Assembly: GCA_002189035.1 (NCBI GenBank)
Contig: CM007989.1
Coordinates: 2,728,001 to 2,792,000, forward strand
Length of the DNA stretch: 64,000 nt
Reading direction: 5' to 3'
Origin: Utricularia gibba
Taxonomy: Eukaryota > Plantae > Magnoliophyta
Part shown: one piece after another, positions 37,161 to 52,711 of the stretch
Position numbering within the stretch: position 1 is the first letter of the stretch
Layout: every line of letters starts with the position of its first letter
Notes under the pieces: model-generated
Databases searched by the model: none
What the model saw: the letters and a program-made list of their open reading frames with translations, nothing else
Told to the model about the DNA's origin: nothing
Position numbers and translations under genes: made by a program

Positions 37161-37964
37161 TTTTGGTGGGAGCACCGACAAATCTTCGCGCTCGGCGGTT
37201 CTTGTTGCCTACTAACAGAAAATGAGTTGTCCTTTCGCGTAACTCCTGCAATCGGTGGAGATTTTGTAGCCTACCCCCGGCGAATGATCTACAGTAAAGG
37301 TGGGATCTTTGAATAAAAGTGAACTATTTTTAAATCAGGAATATGATGTCGGATTAATTATTTGCATTACTATTTAAATCTTTTAATTTTTTTAAAAAAT
37401 TAATTATATTTTTAGTGATTTAAAAAAATTATATGTAACATGAGTGCTTCTTTTACCTGTATATTGTATGTATACATGTTACTCAGTCGATTTCCTATTG
37501 TAAGTTTGTGAAATTGCTTCCGACTGTACTTCCCAGTTGGCTCTTCCTTTACCAAACAATGAAAATGATTAAATCGATGTCAAATTTTCAGTGAAAGAAT
37601 AATTCTATATTGCAGAAGCTGATAGATAGTGTTGAGGCTTAAGGAAGTTTACGTTTCCCCCTAGCCCCTTGTAACTTTGTGTTAATTTCCTTGTTTGCTT
37701 CAGAGGACCTGCTCATATAAACGAACCATGAAAAAATGTTGATTAGATTTCTCATGCTTAACAATTCAAAAGGCGATCCTTTTTCGAAAAAAGGTGAATT
37801 CTTTTGTTCCTAGTCGGCTGACACATTCAGCCACTGTTGAAAACTTCTTTCATGCTTTTCCTGCTGGTCTATCCATTGTAACTATACTTACTGTTTGATT
37901 TAACTGAATGGCTTCAGACTTCTTTTGATGTCCTTATTTGGCGTTCTGTTTGGTGTATCTCAGG

Positions 37965-38545
37965 ATGGCTGACATAGTGTTGGATAAAGCTCCCAGGAAG
38001 AAAGCCCTTTCCAGTCCTCAACTTTCATCTTCTCAGGGTGAGATCATTTTCCGCGCTAAAGTTAGATTGCAAAATCAATGAATTGATCTCCATAGCTTAC
38101 GCTTCCCACCTTTCTGTTTCTTTTCCTTCAAAACCGAATTCCATAAGAGTTGCTTCGTCATTTAATATAGTATTCTGGTGGAGATTCAACAATTCACATC
38201 TTCTTGGAAAAGATGCCACTTGATTTGCCTTCCCATGACTGCAATCTGTTTCATCCTGCTTATCAAGGAACTTTTCCCTTTTGTAGCTTTGTCAAGGTGC
38301 ATGCTGGACAAGGATCTGCAGAGCTTGACGGTGGAGAGGCTACGTGCTCTTCTCAAAGAGAAATGCCTCTCAGCATGCGGAAAGAAGGTAAGTTACATTT
38401 TTCTTTCTGCTCCATCCTCTTATGTTGATGCTCAATCATTTGCAACGTCAGTTGGAGCTCATGCTCCATGTCATATAAGATTGTGTCCTGCTTTCACTGC
38501 CCACAGAATGAGCTTATTGCACGCCTTGGAGCTGCAAATGAGTAG
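37965..38545 (+). pseudogene. SAP-domain-containing gene remnant or incomplete model
   Basis: The exons DKDLQSLTVERLRALLKEKCLSACGKK|NELIARLG* join via GT-AG and form a SAP helix-loop-helix. The upstream exon-like pieces do not join in phase. Confidence 0.5.
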
Positions 38546-38856
38546 AGATCAAGTGATAAAAGATGTGATAATTTCTTGCTCGTGCTCCGATCTGTAACAG
38601 CTAGATCAAGTTTACTGCACATTCGAGTTTCTATCTTTTTTTTTTTTTACTTGTATCTGCATTGGAAGCTTGATCCACACAATACACATTCAATGAGATT
38701 GGTTTAAACTGAGCATGTGTGTTTGAAGACATTCTGGTATGACATTATTATATCTGAGATCAAAGTTTTGCGCTACAATAAACCAATAACACCACTTCAA
38801 GTCACGGAAAAACAGAGCTCTGAGTTGACAGGGAGAAATCGGGGAACTTAAGAATC

Positions 38857-40964
<2,108 letters not shown>

Positions 40965-41768
40965 GGCAGAAAAACGCAGGTCCAAAAACACTTTTTTTCT
41001 TCCAAAACCACCTTGGTGACGGATGAGTTTCTGGAAGGGTTATATTCAAAAGTTTGATTGGGGAAGTGAATCCCAACTGTACCACTGATATCAAACAGAA
41101 TTTTTGGACTCAAGGGGCATTTCCGTCATTCCTCAGCGTCGTCTTCGACTTCAATCTTCTGTAGGTCACCTTCCAATTTCCATCTCCTCCTCATCCTTCT
41201 TGGTTTTCCTGCACTCGCGCACTCGAATGATATAATAGGAACGTTCTTGAAAGGATGGATGCATCACTGGCGCGGAGGACGACGAAGAGAGGAGAGCAAG
41301 CAACTGGCTACCGAAATCCCAAGGTGAGCGATCAAAAGAAAGAGGGTGGCGCGGAGCAAGATTCACGGCACTGTAAAAAATATGGTTTTGTTTTCACGGG
41401 TGATGAAAAATAGTAAAAACATGGAAGGAGCTCTTCACTTGTGGTTAATGAAGAAGCAATGTACTTGTGTTCTTTGGTACAAGGACGTGGTTCAGTGCAT
41501 AGTCCTGATAAACGAATGTTTGTCCGTTCCTTACATCAGCCGTTGATTGTCCGCACTTCCCGTAATGACTTCAACACAAATCTGAGAAAATTTGATAGGC
41601 AATCTCCATCTGTGACGTTGTCACATAACGTAACTGGTGATTGATTTGCTTTACCAACAGACACCTCTCATTTTATGCTCCCCTCCTCTAGGCCTGATTC
41701 CACTTGCAACATAACAGAGATTAGAGTTCTTTCTACCTTAGGATTCCACCGGCTTGATCCTGTCCGCT

Positions 41769-43958
41769 ATGAATTGCCTTCAGAGTTTCCCCAGGTATCT
41801 TCATTATACTATCAGACTTTTTTTCCTAAAGCTTATAATTTCACTGTCTTTCTTTCCTAGTTCCTTGACTTTGCCGTCGTGGACCTCAAAAAGTTCCTTT
41901 TCGGAGTCTCCCTTCACGGTTGCCATGTTTCTAAGAAGAAGGCTATCAGTGGGTGGCGTTATCAATTCGTCTCCCGGTCGCATTATCGTCGCCAAGGTGA
42001 GAGATGATATATGATGTGGGATTTCTTGTAGATGTTTCACCCTCAGCACATGGTGCAATTTTGGGTGGGAGTGGTTTTTTTTTTTTCTCTCTCTCTCTCT
42101 TGAGCTCTCTTTGTTCTTTAGGGGGTCCAAGACCCTGCACCCGATACAGAAAATGTGGCCTCTAAATTAGAGGACAAGTCTCAGACTTATAGTCAAGACA
42201 TGACTGCTGCTATGGGAGCCGGTGACAAGGATTTTTTTTTTTTTATGGCATTGCTTACAAATCCCCTTGTTTTCTGTATGGGGATAGTTCTCTATCTTTA
42301 TCCCGTGATTGATACATGAATGCAGTGTTAACATATCGGCATGAACTTGGGATGAATTACAATTTCGTTCGACCTGATTTGATAGTGGGATCATGTTACA
42401 GGCAAGCGCTTGAAACTTGAATGTAGACTGTAGTTTGCTTCTTTTGCTGCTCTTTTCACTCTCTTTTCTCGTGTTCAAACTTTCAGACTCCTGCAGATGT
42501 TGATAAGCTTCGGAGTGTTGGAGTGAAAACCATATTTTGCTTGCAAAAAGATGCTGATCTTGAGTATCCACATGCAATAGTTTCTTGACTTCATGTGTAT
42601 TCGTTTGAATCCTCGTTTTTTCCTAGTTTTATAGTTGCTGGGATGCTGTTATCCCAGATTTCTGTTAATTCCTTGATTACAGAATTTCAGGTATTTTGGT
42701 GTAGACATTTCTGCCATTCGTAGAAATGCCAACACCTTCAATGACATTCAGCACATACGTGCTGAAATACGGTATGATTCCTTCTTCCCCTGGTTTGTGT
42801 TTTTCCCTCATTACATCATATTTTTCGAGGCAGGGATTTTGATGGATATGATCTGCGACTACGCCTCCCAATGGTGGTCAGTAAACTTCACAAGGCCATC
42901 AACAAGAACGGTGGCGTTACCTACATACATTGCACTGCCGGTCTTGGGAGAGCCCCTGCCACCGCTGTAAAATTTGTTGCTTTGTCTTCCTTCTTTGAAA
43001 CTCTTCCATTCTTTTCACATTCAATTTGCACCAAGGATTTGCATTTCCTTTTATTTGCCTTAAACTGTAGTTGGCTTACATGTTTTGGGTGTTGGGGCAT
43101 TCGTTCAAGGAAGCGCACACGCAGCTTATGGTAAATCATTGTCTCCCTTCAGCTTCTAGGCTCTGGAAGACAAGCTTCCACGCCATTTTATTTGATCTGA
43201 TGTAAACGTTTGCAGAGCAAGAGACCCTGTTTCCCCAAGCTGGATGCTGTCAAGATTGCTACTGCTGATATTGTAAGGCTTTGTCCATCTTAACTCAAGC
43301 AATGGTTTTTCTGAGTCATTTGCACGTACTCTAAAGCTTACAGGCCTTGAAAAGAAGCCTATAAAGTTGACCTGGAGAGGTGATAATTGCTCAACAGTTG
43401 AGATCTCTGGATTGGACATTGGGTGGGGACAGGTAATGCTAGAAAATGCACTAAGCAATTCCTCTCAGCAACTTACATTTCCTTCAACTGCCTAAAGAGA
43501 ACACCTTTAGCATATGACAAGGAACAAGGTCTCTGGATTCTCCATAGAGACCTACCGGTGAGTGTTTCCCTTCATCCTCTGGCTGTCTTTTCGATGCTTA
43601 GTAGCGGTTCTAAGACTTCAGTCTCTTGGGCAGGAAGGAAGGTATGAGTACAAGTACATAGTAGATGGAGAATGGCTGTGTAATGAGGGTGAGCTTGTCA
43701 CCGCTCCCAACGGAGATGGCCATGTCAACAACTATATCACGGTAACAGTGAATAACAGCAGTCGAGTATATCAGATCACAGACTAAGCAAGGCAATCACT
43801 TGTAATATTCTCAGGTTGTTAACGACGACCCCGATAGTCGGAGTACCGAAATTCGTCGCAGAATGGCCGGCGATGACCCTCTTCTGTCTTCAGACGAACG
43901 AGAGACGATCAAACGATTCCTTGAAACCGCTGCTTCTGAGGATCAGGCCTTGGGCTAG
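41769..43958 (+). CDS. SEX4: Phosphoglucan phosphatase SEX4/DSP4 (dual-specificity phosphatase + CBM48), multi-exon; 1-bp frameshift at 42396-42397
   Basis: [20 protein letters not shown]|[36 protein letters not shown] and [11 protein letters not shown]. Confidence 0.94.
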
Positions 43959-44760
43959 TAACTTGTTTTTTTTTGTTTTGTTTCAGTGATAAACGACTAT
44001 TCTGAATAAATGAAATAAAAAATGTTAAAACTAAAAAAACGATTAAATAAAATTGTAAAACGGATCCCGGAGTTGGAGAAGACCACCGGAGCCGGAGCCG
44101 TGGACATTGATCTTTTTTTCTGTTTCCTCCTTCCAGTGGTTAACGAAGAACGTGAATAGGATTCAATGGAAATGTGAATTGTGGGCAGAGGAACACGAAG
44201 CATCTTATTCTCTGTTTAACCAGAGTTGTAAGTTTGCCAGGTCTCCCAGCAGAAGCATTGACCGATCGGCATCCTACTGTTGGTGCATACAGCCCCCGGC
44301 GATCTTGCACCATTGAACCTAAATGCATCATGGCTCAGCACTACATCCTGATGGAGGGTCAATGGTTGAGACAAGCTCTGTCGACGCAGGGCCTGTGGTT
44401 CCTCCCGGAAGGAAACTCTTGAGATCCCCAAACTTACCGTTGCTGTATGTCTGAATTCTTGCCATAGCCAACCGTGTTTGGGGATTCCGATGATCAGTCA
44501 CGGCTGTCGTTGGTGAAGTAATAAGTAAAAGCGGAAGACGCTGGTTGCTCGTCCATCTGATGTGGTTCAACTACTCAAGAAACGTGTCTATTTTTAGAAG
44601 CCTGCAGATCGTGCCACGTGTCGGCACGGGAAGGTGAGACATGCATGCAAGCTACCTCTGGTACAAATCATTTGACGGAAACATTTCTTGGATTTCTGGG
44701 AACACTCCTCGTTTCTTGTAGACGAAGAGGAGCGAATCAGATTCAATCAAATTTCTATGA

Positions 44761-46642
44761 ATGAGTTCCCTGGCATTTCAATCCCAATGTAGCTTCATTC
44801 AGGGACGCGATTTCCTACCGAAGAGTAGGATCGCCGCGAATCCTAGATTGGATTTCACGGGAACTCTGTTTCGGGATAAGCCTATTTCGCTTCTCCGATC
44901 GCTTAAACGAACAACAGCAATGGCGGATGCATCCGTGGATTCTACCATCGTTGGTCTAAACGCCGTGTTATCTCTATGCGCTGTTACCAATTTCTGGCTC
45001 ACCGGTTTTTTCTTGATTGCCTGGTTGGTGTTTCGGCGGCGGGCGGATTCGCCCGTGAAGTTGGAGTGGTTTCTGGTCCGGGAGATGGTGAAGAAGGAGG
45101 TGGAGGCGCGGCGAACCCTTGCTATACAGAGGGTTTTAGAAGGAACCGAAGATGAAAATTGCAAGAGCAAGAGGGAATATTCAATGTTTTGTTCCAAGAG
45201 GGGTGACTCCATTTTTACTCAGTCATGGACCCCTGCTAACACTCATGTAAGGTATAAGGCACATGCTGGAAATCAGTTGTTTTGATTGCGAAATCCTGGT
45301 GATTCCCAAGTTGTTGCCCCAATGGATCATCGCCTGCTGCCAGTTCCAAAGAGAAAGTAGTTTAGTATGAGGGAGATGTACTTGAAATTGAACTAATTTT
45401 TCATGTACTTACTACAGGGGACTGGTTGTGATACTGCACGGCCTGAATGAACACAGGTGTGGTGCGTATCTTCAAATTTCTGATATGCTTCTCTTTCATT
45501 CTTCTATCCATTTTTACATACTGTTGCTGAGCTTCTTTGGCAGTGGAAGGTACAATGATTTTGCAAAAAAGCTGAATCAAAGTGGCTTCAAGGCTTATGC
45601 GATGGATTGGATTGGTGAGTAACTCTGCAACTGACAATTTGGCAATGGGAGAGCACTCTTTCGGATCATAACTGACATGTCTTCTGGCTTGATACTGACA
45701 TTAAATGATAGTGAATACAAGAGCGTCAATATATTCATGTGGTTTGTTGTCTTCTGGCTTGCTTCAATGCAGGGCACGGTGGTAGTGACGGGCTCCATGC
45801 TTATGTTCATTCCATCGACTATGCTGTTGATGATCTGGTACATTTCATTTCCTCTCCCTTCAAGCATTCGCCTCTCACAAGTGGCTTATCAGAAAACCAT
45901 CCTTGTGCCACTCACAGAAATTGTTTATCAGTAAGGTCTTAGCAGAGAATCCAGGATCTCCCTGCTTCTGCTTCGGGCATTCAACTGGTGGAGCCATTAT
46001 CTTGAAGGTGACATAGGTCTGAACCAAACATCCAATTCAATTCAAAGTCAAATAAATTTCGTTGTTCGATCAATGAGCAGGCAATGCTTGATCCTGAAGT
46101 CGGACAACTTGTGAAGGGCATGGTGCTGACATCCCCAGCAGTAGGAGTTCAGCCATCCCACCCCATCTTCACTGTAAGTACCATCTCCTTGTCGGCATCC
46201 TTCGCTTGGTAAGCTTATTCACTTAACTATGCCTTCCTTTTAGGTTATTGCTCCCTTGTTTTCACTCTTAGCGCCCAGGTTTCAGTTCAGAGCAGCCAAC
46301 AGGATAGGTGTTGCCGTGTGTAGAGATCCACAGGCTCTAGTGGCTAAGTACTCTGATCTTCTAGTTTTCACAGGCTCTATCAGAGTGAGGACTGGCTACG
46401 AGATACTTCGTACGGCTGCCTTTCTTCAGAGGAATATAAGTTCACTGACGGTCCCATTTCTGGTACTTCATGGCACTTCTGACTCCGTCACAAGCCCGGC
46501 TGCCTCGCTGAAGCTGTACGAGGCTTCCTCGACAGACAAAACAATCAAACTTTGTGAAGGGCTATTGCATGATCTGCTCTTTGAACCTGAGAAAGAAGAG
46601 ATCATGGAGAATATCATCGAATGGCTGGTCACAAGATCTTGA
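44761..46642 (+). CDS. Monoacylglycerol lipase / caffeoylshikimate-esterase-like alpha/beta hydrolase
   Basis: LHGLNEHS, GHGGSDGLH, the nucleophile motif GHSTGG, VPFLVLHGTSD and LLHDLLFE; N-terminal TM; exons in frame. Confidence 0.9.
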
Positions 46643-47392
46643 ACGAAAATGACCACTGGGAGATTTGTAATCGATCTGAGGATGAAGGATATCATGATAA
46701 ATGAAGAACATCTTCTGAAAGAACAGAATGCAAATGTCATACAAAAAGTCACCTCTCTTTTTCTTACCAATTTCTTCACATCTCAGTTTGTTAGATTGAG
46801 CTGAGAAGGCGAATGATGGCGTCAAGTTTGAGGAGATGATATCCAAACTAACAATACACAAGCCTCAAAAAATCAAGTGATAACCATTCGTATGCAGAGA
46901 TAGAAGCAGGGAGACTTCCAAGATGGCTCCCCATAAACTGTCTTTGAACCGCCCACCGCTACAGCTACAAATGAATCTCTCACTGAGGTTCTTTACGTTA
47001 CCAATAAGCTGGATAGCGGCGACACGGACATACTTCCGCAACCTACGCCCTAGAAGTAATTAGCGGCGACACGACACGGCCTTCCGCCTTCCATCCTCCG
47101 CGAGGTCCGCATCCTCGCCGCACCGATTCCCCTCACAATATTAAGTGCCATCGTGTGTGCACTCAGCATCCCCGGCGGCAACATCACAATGCGGACGGAG
47201 AGTCCATGGAGCTTGGAAGGTTGGAGAGTTCGGCAACGAAAAAGCAGTTTGCTGGGACACAAACAATAAGCCCATTGATATACTGAAACGTGGGCCTCAA
47301 TGAAACACTGGCCCAATCATCTTTCAACATGTATGGCCCTCAAAATCCCCTAAACTCTCTTCTTCCGCACTGCCATCGCTGGCTCTCAAACC

Positions 47393-49030
47393 ATGCTTTC
47401 TCGCTTCATCTCCAGGACTCCACGCTTTCAACCTCTCCTCAGCTTCCTTTCTTCACGAACCCCCGATACATTCCCGAATCAGGTTTGTAGGAATGCTTTT
47501 TTACGGAGTTCCATCAACAAATTCTTCCCCAAAACCCCCGCTTTTTCCCAATACTCCACTAAGGACGATAATGGGAATTTGGGGATGCACACCCAACTAA
47601 AAATTTGTGGAAATTCTCCACAGAAACCGATGAAAGCGTCGAATCCGTGTTTGGGGACGACACAGGGAGTCTTGAAGGCTTTCATGATGGGGGTAGCCGC
47701 GACGAAGAGGGGATAGACGGCGATTTATCATGCGCTGTCGAAGATGCTGGGATTGCAGGTGTGGATGCTTTTGATGGAGCCTCAGAAGAAATTGGCGGTG
47801 GGGGCGAGGAATGGGCGAAGGAAGCGGGACTCGAGCCGTGGCGCTTCGACGGGGAGGCAGAAGTAAAGGACGTTTTTGGGATTGACTTGGAAGGGGGAGC
47901 AACTGATTTAACAGGTTTGGGGGATGACGTCGGGCAGGAGGTTCAGAGCAATGAAGAGCAGGAGAAGCTAGCAACAGAGGAGAAAGCTTTAACTGCTGTT
48001 CTTAAAGGTATGAACTTCATCAACATTTGGATCGCTACTTGATTTTCTATTTGCACCCCCACCCCAATGTAGTTGAAGTAAATGGGATGTGTGGAGAATA
48101 ACTCAATACATTTGCATTTGGTATGAACTCCTGCTCTCGCAGGAGTGAAAACTTCTCTTAAGTTTTATGTTTTCATGGGCTAATCTTACAGTTGGCTCCA
48201 TTTGGGAATGGTTGCAGGCTCCGATCGTGCATTTGGTGATCTTATTGCATCATCAGGGATCACAGATGAGATGCTGGATAGCTTGATTACTTTGAAAGAC
48301 TTTGAGGGCATTCCAGGTCTTCCTCCTCTGTCTGAAATCGAAGAAAAAAGGTACGAGAAGAATGCTCGTAAATCCAGCAGGGCTGAGATTGAGCGTCAGA
48401 AACAGGAGGAAGTGGCAAAGGCTCGTGTCAGGCAAGTAGATGATAAGGGGAGGGCTTATGGGACCGGAAGAAGGAAGTGCAGTATAGCCCGTGTCTGGAT
48501 CGAGCCTGGTGCGGGAAAATTCTTCGTGAATGACAAAGAGTTTGATGTCCACTTCCCAATGCTGGATCATCGGGCTACACTTCTCCGGCCGTTCTCTGAA
48601 ACAAAAACGCTGGGGATGTGGGATGTCAACTGTACTGTCAAAGGAGGTGGCACCTCAGGTGGAAGTACTTTCAATTGTAGTTTTTAGCAAGATCTGTTTC
48701 CTCTTTTGCTGCTTCATCCATGTGAGAGTGTTCTTATGCTCCTTTGCTGTATACCAAACAGGCCAAGTTGGGGCTATCCGTCTTGGAATCAGTCGAGCTC
48801 TACAGAATTGGGAACCGGGGTTCCGGCCACCTCTCAAAGCAGGTTTTGTCCTGCTTGCTTATCCCATTCAGCTCAGCATCAAGCTACGCTGTTTGAAATG
48901 GCTATTAGTGCTGAACTGATGAATCTGCGTTCTTGCAGCTGGTTTTCTTACAAGAGATTCTAGAGTGGTGGAGAGGAAGAAACCTGGAAAAGCCAAAGCA
49001 AGGAAAAGCTTTCAATGGGTCAAGCGTTAA
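47393..49030 (+). CDS. RPS9: Mitochondrial small-subunit ribosomal protein S9; 1-bp frameshift at 47581-47584
   Basis: Arg/Ser-rich presequence, [38 protein letters not shown] and [27 protein letters not shown]. Confidence 0.93.
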
Positions 49031-50026
49031 GATCCTCATTATGCCAAACCAGTGGCATCCAAATCGGTGCGGTTTAAATCGAACATTGTACTTGTTTATC
49101 ATTCTTGTTTCTCAGTAACAATCATAAGTTAGATACAGGGTTTGCATTTGTCGGACAGTGTTGCACATATGCAGCTAGTAAACATCTAGTTAGATAACGA
49201 AAATCCTAATTTACTTAAATGGGACAAGATAAAGCTATCCAGTGAAGCAACATGTAAGTGCGCCATGTACAATTGTTCGTTCGAAGGAACATAAATTTCA
49301 TTCTTGATGAGAATTCAGTTCCAAGCCTTCAGGAGCAAAGTGTTTGGAAACAAACTACACTGACAGTGGCCAAAGAGAATGACTACTTTTCTAAAACAAT
49401 AGACAACAATAAGAAAAATTCCAACACTTCAGAATAGATAAGTACCTCCTAAATGGTATAACGCGAATGCAATAGATATCTTCTCAACCCGTGCTGACCT
49501 CGAAGCATTTCTACTTTCCTATCTCAAATGCTTGCTCGGAGATAAGATATTGAAGGCGACTCCACAGGGAAGCGGCGGGGCAGCCTTGGCTGACGGGAAG
49601 CGACGACAACCAGTAGCTAGTCGCTATTATCAGGGATTGGGTGCAGCGATCAAGCAAATCAGCAAGCGATAGCAAAATTGGTTAAAGGCTTGAGGATCCA
49701 GAAACAAGGTTGACGATGACGCTTGCCGCAGTGAAGGGCACTGAAATTACACAGTTCGGCGTTACAACTGTTCGACAGAAGTAGCCAGGGGAAATCCAGA
49801 TGGCTCCCTCTGATTGGATTGTTTCTTCGCATCATTACTTTTCTTTTTTATTTTGCTGTTATCCAAAAAATAAAAATAAATTTGCAATATATTGAGAAAA
49901 GGCGATACCATACCCACTGCGCCAAAAAATCACCATTTTCCTGTGATCAAATTGATTCCAAATATATATTATTTACCGAAATTCAATAAAACCTGGGCAG
50001 ATCTCAGCAACAACATGAGTTTCCGC

Positions 50027-50364
50027 TCAGCAACTGACGGCGGCGACGGACAGCTCGTACGGGAAGGAGTTGGCGTACTGAAACGACAGCGTTCTACCAT
50101 TGAGCAACGGTTTCCCGTCGTTGACGAGGCAGTCATCGTACCGGAGACGCTTGAAGACATGCGGATTCACCATCCTCGCCGAGCTGAACCAGCCGCACCT
50201 CAGATGGATGCCACCGACGTCGCAGCCGGAGGGGCAAACGTTCATTATCTCCACCGTGTAATTTGGAATCCCGCTCGGAAGCGGCGCCGTCGACCCTTGA
50301 CTGATCACGATGTCGGAGGTGGAGCATTTTTCACTCCATATTCTGTTTGGGACAACTTTCCTAT
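50027..50364 (-). CDS. TAPETUM DETERMINANT 1-like Cys-rich peptide, last exon (5' exon not resolved)
   Basis: [52 protein letters not shown] and [13 protein letters not shown]...C*; AG acceptor at 50365-50366. Confidence 0.88.
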
Positions 50365-52711
50365 CTGCAACACCACAAAAAGATAATCAAATTTAATGAA
50401 AGCTCTCCTCTAGTACTTTTCCTAGGCTTTTCAAAGGCAACTATTGAATGAGTGAATTAATGCAACCCAGATGATTGCTGTCCTAAAGATGTTACCTTAA
50501 ATCAGGTCTAATCTCGTAAAAAAATTGCTAAAATCAGGGCTAAAGATGTTACCTTAGGATTACGGACTTGCAACTCAAACATAAAAAAAAGTGGGCTGCT
50601 AGGGAAAAGAAATTGGGTCAAAGAAGGGAAAAGAGGGGATCTTTAAAGCTGATCCTGTGCTGCATCACGTACACAACCGACAAGAGGGAGAAAACGGCAA
50701 TAACGCGCGCAGGTGCGAGCAGTAGACAGGACGCTCAGAAGTGGGTAGGTGTGTGTTTCATGCAAACATGTTAAAAGGCGAATGAAAAGCGAATAGCAGA
50801 GTCTACAGATAGCGGCCATCTCGCTGCGGTGTTCAGATAAAAAGTGGTGAAGAAATGCGCACATTTCAGTGCATCATTCGATTGACCTTGTCTTGGTGTT
50901 TTTATTTCATTCCAAAGTTCAATTAAACATGAAGCAACTTCACTCGTGTATCAGAAATTCTTTTCAATCAATGAAGAGCAGGAAAAATTTACCTTGTTCC
51001 AGCAGCTTTCTGTGTGGAAACCAGATGTTACCATTTTCGGGCATGTTTGAGATACTGTTCCGTGGTGGGAATGAGCTAAAAAACTCCATCATCAACCCAT
51101 GGCCTGAAAAAAGTTGGAACACACGAGGCACAAATTTGATTAGTGATTATGGTATGTCGTTAGCCGGTAACTTTAGCAGATTAGAGAACAAGATTAGTTG
51201 GAAATAAAAAGCTTTTGCAGGGTTTTGTCGCTGAACACTGAAAAAAGCCGAGCAATCAGCAATACTCTTCAGAATGTATGTACACAACGACTGTGATTTT
51301 TTTTGCTTTCTAACCTGCATATAGGCCAATAGCAAGCGGCAAGAATGCTGCAGCGAACATCGCCCAGAATAAAGCCACCCGCAGCCGCCTAAACACTGAT
51401 ACGGATTGGTCCCCCATAATTTTTTTTAGCTCAAGAATATTGAGATCTGGGTTCTCTTGACGGTGGATGGATCACGGGAAAGATGAGCTTCGAAGTGAGA
51501 TCTTCAGCAAATCGTCTTCAAAACTGTTGAGATGAAAACAGAAAAAGTTTAGGTCAATGACAAATGATTTGACATGACTCGACAGCGCGATTTCATTAAA
51601 GGATGCGGAAACGTATCAGAAAGATAATATTACGAAAAAACTCCAGTACCCATCACAGTTCTCACAGCCAAGATGCTCTCTAGAAGAAATTGTGGCCGCG
51701 CGAGTACTGAAGGTAAAAAAAGAACAAGACGAAGAAACCCAGAAACTTCAAAAATGAAGGTCACGAGTGACGAGAGGCGTAAACTTGAAACAAGAGGAAG
51801 ATAGCCTGTTCGATGAAAGTCCTCATCGAAATCCATGCATCGATCAAGGAAATCTTTCCGACATCGCTGCTAACAAAGACTCCGCGAAAAAGCCAATAGC
51901 AGAAATCGAAATCGCTTGCCAATAAATGCGACCCCAACCAAAAGAATACACAAATCAGAAAAAGGAATCTCGTTCTGGAGTCCAGTTCACAAAATGGTCA
52001 CAACATTAAAATCTATCCCCACGTCGGCAACACAAACCACACTCGAATACTCATCACGGTTGGAGACAGACGGACACAGCACTGAAAGAAAAACGAAATC
52101 CGTAACCAGAAACGAAAGAGAGAGCGAGAAATCGAACGATTCAGCGATTTCGAACGAGAGTTTCCGTAGCGATCTCCATCGATCTTCCATATTTACCTTA
52201 TGTTTCACTAGAGGAAGAAGAAGCAGAGACGTGCATGGGTGGAGAGAGAATCCCTGGTTTCTCTGTGCGTGTAGTGCTTTTAGAGAACAAGATGATGAAG
52301 AAATTACAGCGGTGGATTGCACGTGGAATTGAAACTCTCTCCGTTTTAACCGTGGGGGTTTTACCCGTTAAACATCACATTTTTGTTACCCCGACCCTCC
52401 TCTTGTGTCAATTTATGATATAATGATTGGACCGAGTCAAATTGTATTATTATTATTATTAAAACCATATGTTACTATATATCGTACCATACCAGTAATT
52501 AAAAATATTATAATATAAGGATGAGATAATAGAAAAATTAAAAAATATATTAACATATGTCCTTAAATAGTAAAATATCGTAAAAATTAATATCATTTAT
52601 CGTAATATATTTTTTTAAATCATTATCTCATTAAAAAAAGGAGCTGTAGCTTCACCACACAACCAAAAGAAAAGAAAATGGACCAGTGGGAAACGGCGTC
52701 GTTGCATCTCC

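Noticed and set aside
41166-41366. GC-balanced short ORFs between PURA and SEX4
   Set aside because: No consistent frame or motif; probably divergent promoter or UTR sequence.
44140-44570. Overlapping small minus-strand ORFs with one good GTAAGT donor
   Set aside because: Could not build a signal-peptide or known-motif gene; insufficient support.
49633-49654. Partial resemblance to miR397
   Set aside because: Only about 15/21 identity, with no matching star arm.
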